Below, piece after piece: positions 59,470 through 64,000 of a stretch of DNA of 64,000 bases. Both the position numbers and the translations under genes were made by a program. The first letter of the stretch is position 1, and each line of letters opens with the position of its first letter. The notes under the pieces are model-generated. The model did not search any database. It saw only the letters and a list, made by a program, of their open reading frames with translations, and was not told the DNA's origin. Source of the stretch: Eledone cirrhosa (taxonomy: Eukaryota); NCBI GenBank assembly GCA_964016885.1, contig OZ024752.1:1302001-1366000 (forward strand), written 5' to 3'.

Positions 59470-61030
59470 TTATAAATGAAACATAGTTCTGAACGTGGAA
59501 TTTTGGCGATGTCTGCAAGAAGAAAATAACTCTGTCCCGAGATTAATAGAGTTTTGACACTTAATTATATAAAATAATTCTTCGATACACAATTTACAGA
59601 ATCTTGATAAAGCCATATTTCGGTATGCATGTGCTTCCGAAATCGTTTTCCAAGACATTGAATAGTCTATATTCTTGCCTTTTAAGTTCCATATAAGATG
59701 TGAAAGTGAAGTAGAAGATTTTTTATCAAATCTTTTAAAAGTATGATTATGGTTATTCCAGCGTTCTTTAAATTTTGTAGAAGTGGCACCCACATAGTTA
59801 AATATTTTATCTCTAATTTTAACTGTGATTTATAAACTACGTTTTTATCTAAATAATTATTTTGTAAAGGGCAGTTTGATTTGATTCTTGAGGTACATTT
59901 TATGGAGTCGTTGTTGCTCGGAATGCTACTATTATACTGGAAATTGCTAGAAATATTATTATTGCTATTTTAGTTATTTTGGTTAGGGTTTAAATTTCTA
60001 TTATTAATTCTATTTATATTTTGTGCTATGTTCATAGTAGTAGAGTAGCGCAGTTTTATAGTATGCCTGTTAAAAATAGAGTGGTATCTGTGGGCTTTAG
60101 GAAAACATTTATCTAGTGCTTTAAAGAATAGCTTTGCTAGAGGTGTTTTAACGCTTAATGAGAATGGGGGGGAGTACCAAATAATATTTCTAGTTCTAGT
60201 TTTTTTGTTTGGTTTTGTGTTTAAGTTAAATTGTTTATTATTATTATAATTAATACTTGGATGATTTGCCATGTTACTGTTATCAATGTATTTAATGTTA
60301 TTCGAATATCCTGCTCTATTTAAAGCTTCATTATAATATTCAGCCTTATCATCAAAAATATTTTTATTAGCAGATATGCGTGAAATCCGTTGCTGGATGC
60401 TATTGACAATACTGTTTTTAATACTTCTAGGATGATTAGAGTTAAAACTTACGTAATTTAGATTTTCGTTAATTTTATGGAAAGATTAGTAAAGACCTGT
60501 GCTAAGGTTTAAGGTTACGTCTAGGAAGTTAACGATTTTGTAGTTATTCTCTATTTCTAACTTAAGGTTGTAGTTATTGAAGAATTGTATTATGGATTTT
60601 CTTTTCCTTTTAATTTCACAATTACTATGGTTTTCAATTAAAAGCAGCATCTCGTCACGATATAAACCACCGGTCATCTCTGGCATTTTCCTATGCAGGA
60701 CATTATTAATAAATAAACCAACAAGATCCGTTATTTGCGCCGAGTCAGATGATACCATAGTGATATCAAAATTGTTTTTTCTCTTGGCTCTCGTCCAGAG
60801 AAGATTATTGAATTCTATTAATGTTTTCCGTGCTGTTAGAATTATATTCATTTCCTCGCTAGATAGGTCTGTATGTTTAGAAGCGTAAATAAGTGCCCTA
60901 TTAAGTAAACTTGGAGTAATAGAGAAGTAGTAATTTGTAATATCCATTTGAATAAATGTGTTGTTATCTTTTAATTTTATGTTATTGAACCAATCTATAA
61001 CTTCGTTAGTACCGTTCCATAGTTTCAGGT
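59470..61030 (-). mobile_element. Second Naiad-type Penelope-like element, 5'-truncated and decayed
   Basis: FDITMVSSDSAQITDLVGL, GGLYRDE, VNFLDVTLNL, IIWYSPPF, YVGATSTKFKERWNNH, CKLC, ELFSSCRH; (TA)n on both sides. Confidence 0.85.
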
Positions 61031-61050
61031 GTGATTTTTCTTTAAGTTGT

Positions 61051-61103
<53 letters not shown>

Positions 61104-62401
61104 TTGGATATCAACAAAGGTAACTAGGTTGTATACAGTTTAAATAAACCAACTGAAACTAGCTTTGCAATATGAAGACCTATTCTGAATCTAAGAGCTT
61201 TCAGATAACGAGGAGCAAACAGTGGAACTCATATATTCTGAATTGATCTATCTCTTTCAGATTACTTCAAGAGTATGCAGTAGGAGAAGGCATTTTATAT
61301 AAGTCAAATTATAATTTCTTAAATTTCCTTTTCGAAACATATTCACATATTACATATATACATATTTATATATATAGAAACACACACACATACATACACA
61401 CTCACACAAACACACAAAAACAGACTATACAAACACACTCACCCACAGACACACAGATGCGTATACATACGCGTGTGTTTTGGGTGCCATTTTACCTGGT
61501 GAAAGCCCATTCATATTCGCTGAAGGCTAGAATCAATTATGGAGTTTAAAAAGTTATAGATATTCTCACAGGAATACGCGAATTCAATATAATTATATTT
61601 AAAGGAATGCAATGAAATTATATTTTTCTATTAAACACATTTCTCCATTTAGGGATATTCCTTGAACAGAATTCTTCATGAAAATATGGCGTCCATTTGT
61701 TGGGGAAATATGGGAACTCATAAATTGTTAGTGTTATTTCTTATTGCTTGTACATAAACCTCTGGTGCCGTAAGAGATCTATAAATAGTACTCATATTAA
61801 AACGAGCGGAAGTTAATAATATTCCTACTGAGTGTTGCTAAAAGATTGGAGAGCATCAAGCAGAAGTCGGAAATATTCCTGAAAGTCATTAACAATAAAT
61901 GTTATGAAAGACATTTGCATTGATTGAAGAGTTCAGGAGTGTTTAAAAAGTTGGACAGCAAACTTTCTCTGTCTTATAAATATGCTATGAAATCAAATAA
62001 TAGGAAAAGTTTGAGTGTCAGATTCCTCTACTTCTGAAACTTTATATTAAATACAATTCCAAACAATCACTATATTGTCCGCAAAAGTGATATTTATTTA
62101 TATAATTACAACGACGTTCCAATAATAGTACGTATTTAGATATTGTTTCGGGTGTTTAATACACCCACTTATTACATTAATATTAGTATCTCACATATAT
62201 AATGTGATAATATGATATAAAATATATGAATGAAATGAAACCATAAAAACACGAACTAATTCAATACCAACTGAAATGTATGTATGTATATATGTATGTA
62301 TATACGTACGTACGGATGTATTCTATATATGTATGTATGTATGCATCTATGTATGTTGCATAGTCGTATCGTCGGTGACTAAACCGGAAATATGTATGTA
62401 T

Positions 62402-62545
62402 GTCACATGGGCGTGTCGTCGGCAACTAAACCGGAAACCACCACCGAGTTTACCTGGTGAGGAGGGTGATTTTAGACACCCCGCAGGACAAAAAACAAAA
62501 CCTGACGAAAGACGGAAGAACTCATAAGAGACGACGGCCATCAAG
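62402..62545 (+). mobile_element. Dispersed repeat (family of 54870-55245)
   Basis: ggtgaggagggtgattttagaca..caggacaaaaaacaaaa. Confidence 0.7.
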
Positions 62546-63019
62546 AAATGTGTAAATGTGTATATACACATATACATATGTATTTATATGTATATATGTA
62601 TATGCATGTGTGAATGTGTAAGTTTATGCGCAGGTACATAGATATAGTCTGGCTGTATACCCGATCTTGCGATTAAACCACTTGGAGTGAAGGACCACTA
62701 GTTTCTGTCAGGGCATTCATCTAGGATCAGGCAACTCAGGAAACTGGGATAACTCCGACATAAAACCTGTGGCTCAGTAGTTACCGATCATGTTGATCTT
62801 TTCTTCTTTTCGGGTTATATATACTGTCGCTCATAGAGTTGGATTGGTTCAGTGCACAGTCTTTCCTCACTTTAAAATAATCTTCACGCACAGACATTGC
62901 ATGATAGAATTAATTAATAATTATTAATAATGGTATATCGTGCAATGGCCATACTCGAGAACGAGGGGGCAGCCATCATGTATGTATGCATGTAACAAAA
63001 ATACACAAAGGTCTCTGTA

Positions 63020-63530
63020 TATGAGCCCTGTGTTGTTACAGTCATACTATACGGATACGAAACGTGGACAACTTACAGTCATCACATCAGGCAGTTGGAC
63101 AGATTTCATCACCATTGTATAGGAAGAAATCTGAAAATAAGTGGTCTTCTTACCCACCTGCTACTGCAGTACACAAGATAAAGGGTAGCACCAGTATTAA
63201 GAGGAGGATCAGTATGTACCAGATGCGTTGCGCTGGTCATGCGGTCAAGATGGGGAGCTGACCAGAGGAAAAACGCCACAGTTTAAACCTGTCATAAAAG
63301 ACAACCTTAAAGCTATGAAGATTGATATGGAGAACTGGGGTAGACTGGTTGAAAGTCGTACATCATGGAGAAAAATCCCCAAGTATGGATATGATGTATT
63401 TGTGAAAAAGTGAGTGGAGCATTTGAAGCGTTCAATTCGTAAGCAGGACTGAAGTGCAATGCTTCCAAAAATCCAGAGTTCCGTGTAGCTCGGAGCCAGC
63501 GCACGCACCTTAGCAGAAAAGCCAACCTTA
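63020..63530 (+). mobile_element. RTE-clade LINE 3' fragment
   Basis: RCAGHAVKM, GELTRGK, KDNLKAMKIDMENWGRLVESRTSWRK resemble the RTE/BovB C-terminus. Confidence 0.7.
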
Positions 63531-64000
63531 ATTAATTTAATGATTTAGTGGTAAATGTTCAGAGGCAAACACTGAATGACAAGGATGGAATTCCCGACTG
63601 ATTCAGTTATTTCCGTATATGTATGTCCTATACCGACATTCTGTTTAACATTCTCCCTCTAAAATATGACAATGTGTATCAGTAATCTTGACAGTCCCCG
63701 TCTACGATTCCTACGATATAATATACAGAGACCACGCTATAAATTAGATGTGATGGGTATGATGTAGTAGGGGTTCAGCATGTCCAGATAGCCCTTCGTT
63801 AACTGTCATCGGGTGAGAGAGATCATTAGATTTCAGTGATTGTTCTACGTATAAAAGAAATCGGAATGGAATTCGTCTTGTGATTTACCGATTCTACCAA
63901 CCGACTGATCTTCTTCCAAATCCACCAAACCTTCTGGATTGTAATGTATTATATGATTGAAATAATTATTAGAAAGTTTATGACAAGGAAATATTCCCTA

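Overview
AT-rich, microsatellite-saturated animal genomic DNA. The repeat content looks cephalopod/octopus-like, which is my inference. Almost all ORFs in the track are artefacts of (TA)n, (CA)n or (GA)n runs. Supported content: (1) two decayed Penelope-like retroelements of the Naiad type (RT plus GIY-YIG; 49242-51752 + and 59470-61030 -) sitting in (TA)n. (2) Many short (TA)n-flanked fragments, often fold-back palindromes, carrying more than a dozen minimal type-I hammerhead ribozyme motifs from several unrelated sequence families. (3) A recurrent bulged hairpin (YACTC-stem-loop-stem-NN-GAGTRC), conserved in structure but not in sequence, lying between the hammerhead and the 3' (TA)n junction; this is the most novel-looking signal. 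(4) About 11 copies of a tRNA-derived SINE, RTE and R4/Dong LINE fragments, a non-autonomous Helitron and two large minisatellites. (5) A candidate minus-strand multi-exon host (pseudo)gene with mostly phase-compatible exons, premature stops and a GPI-signal-like last exon. All structures and exons were read by eye; no database searches were run.
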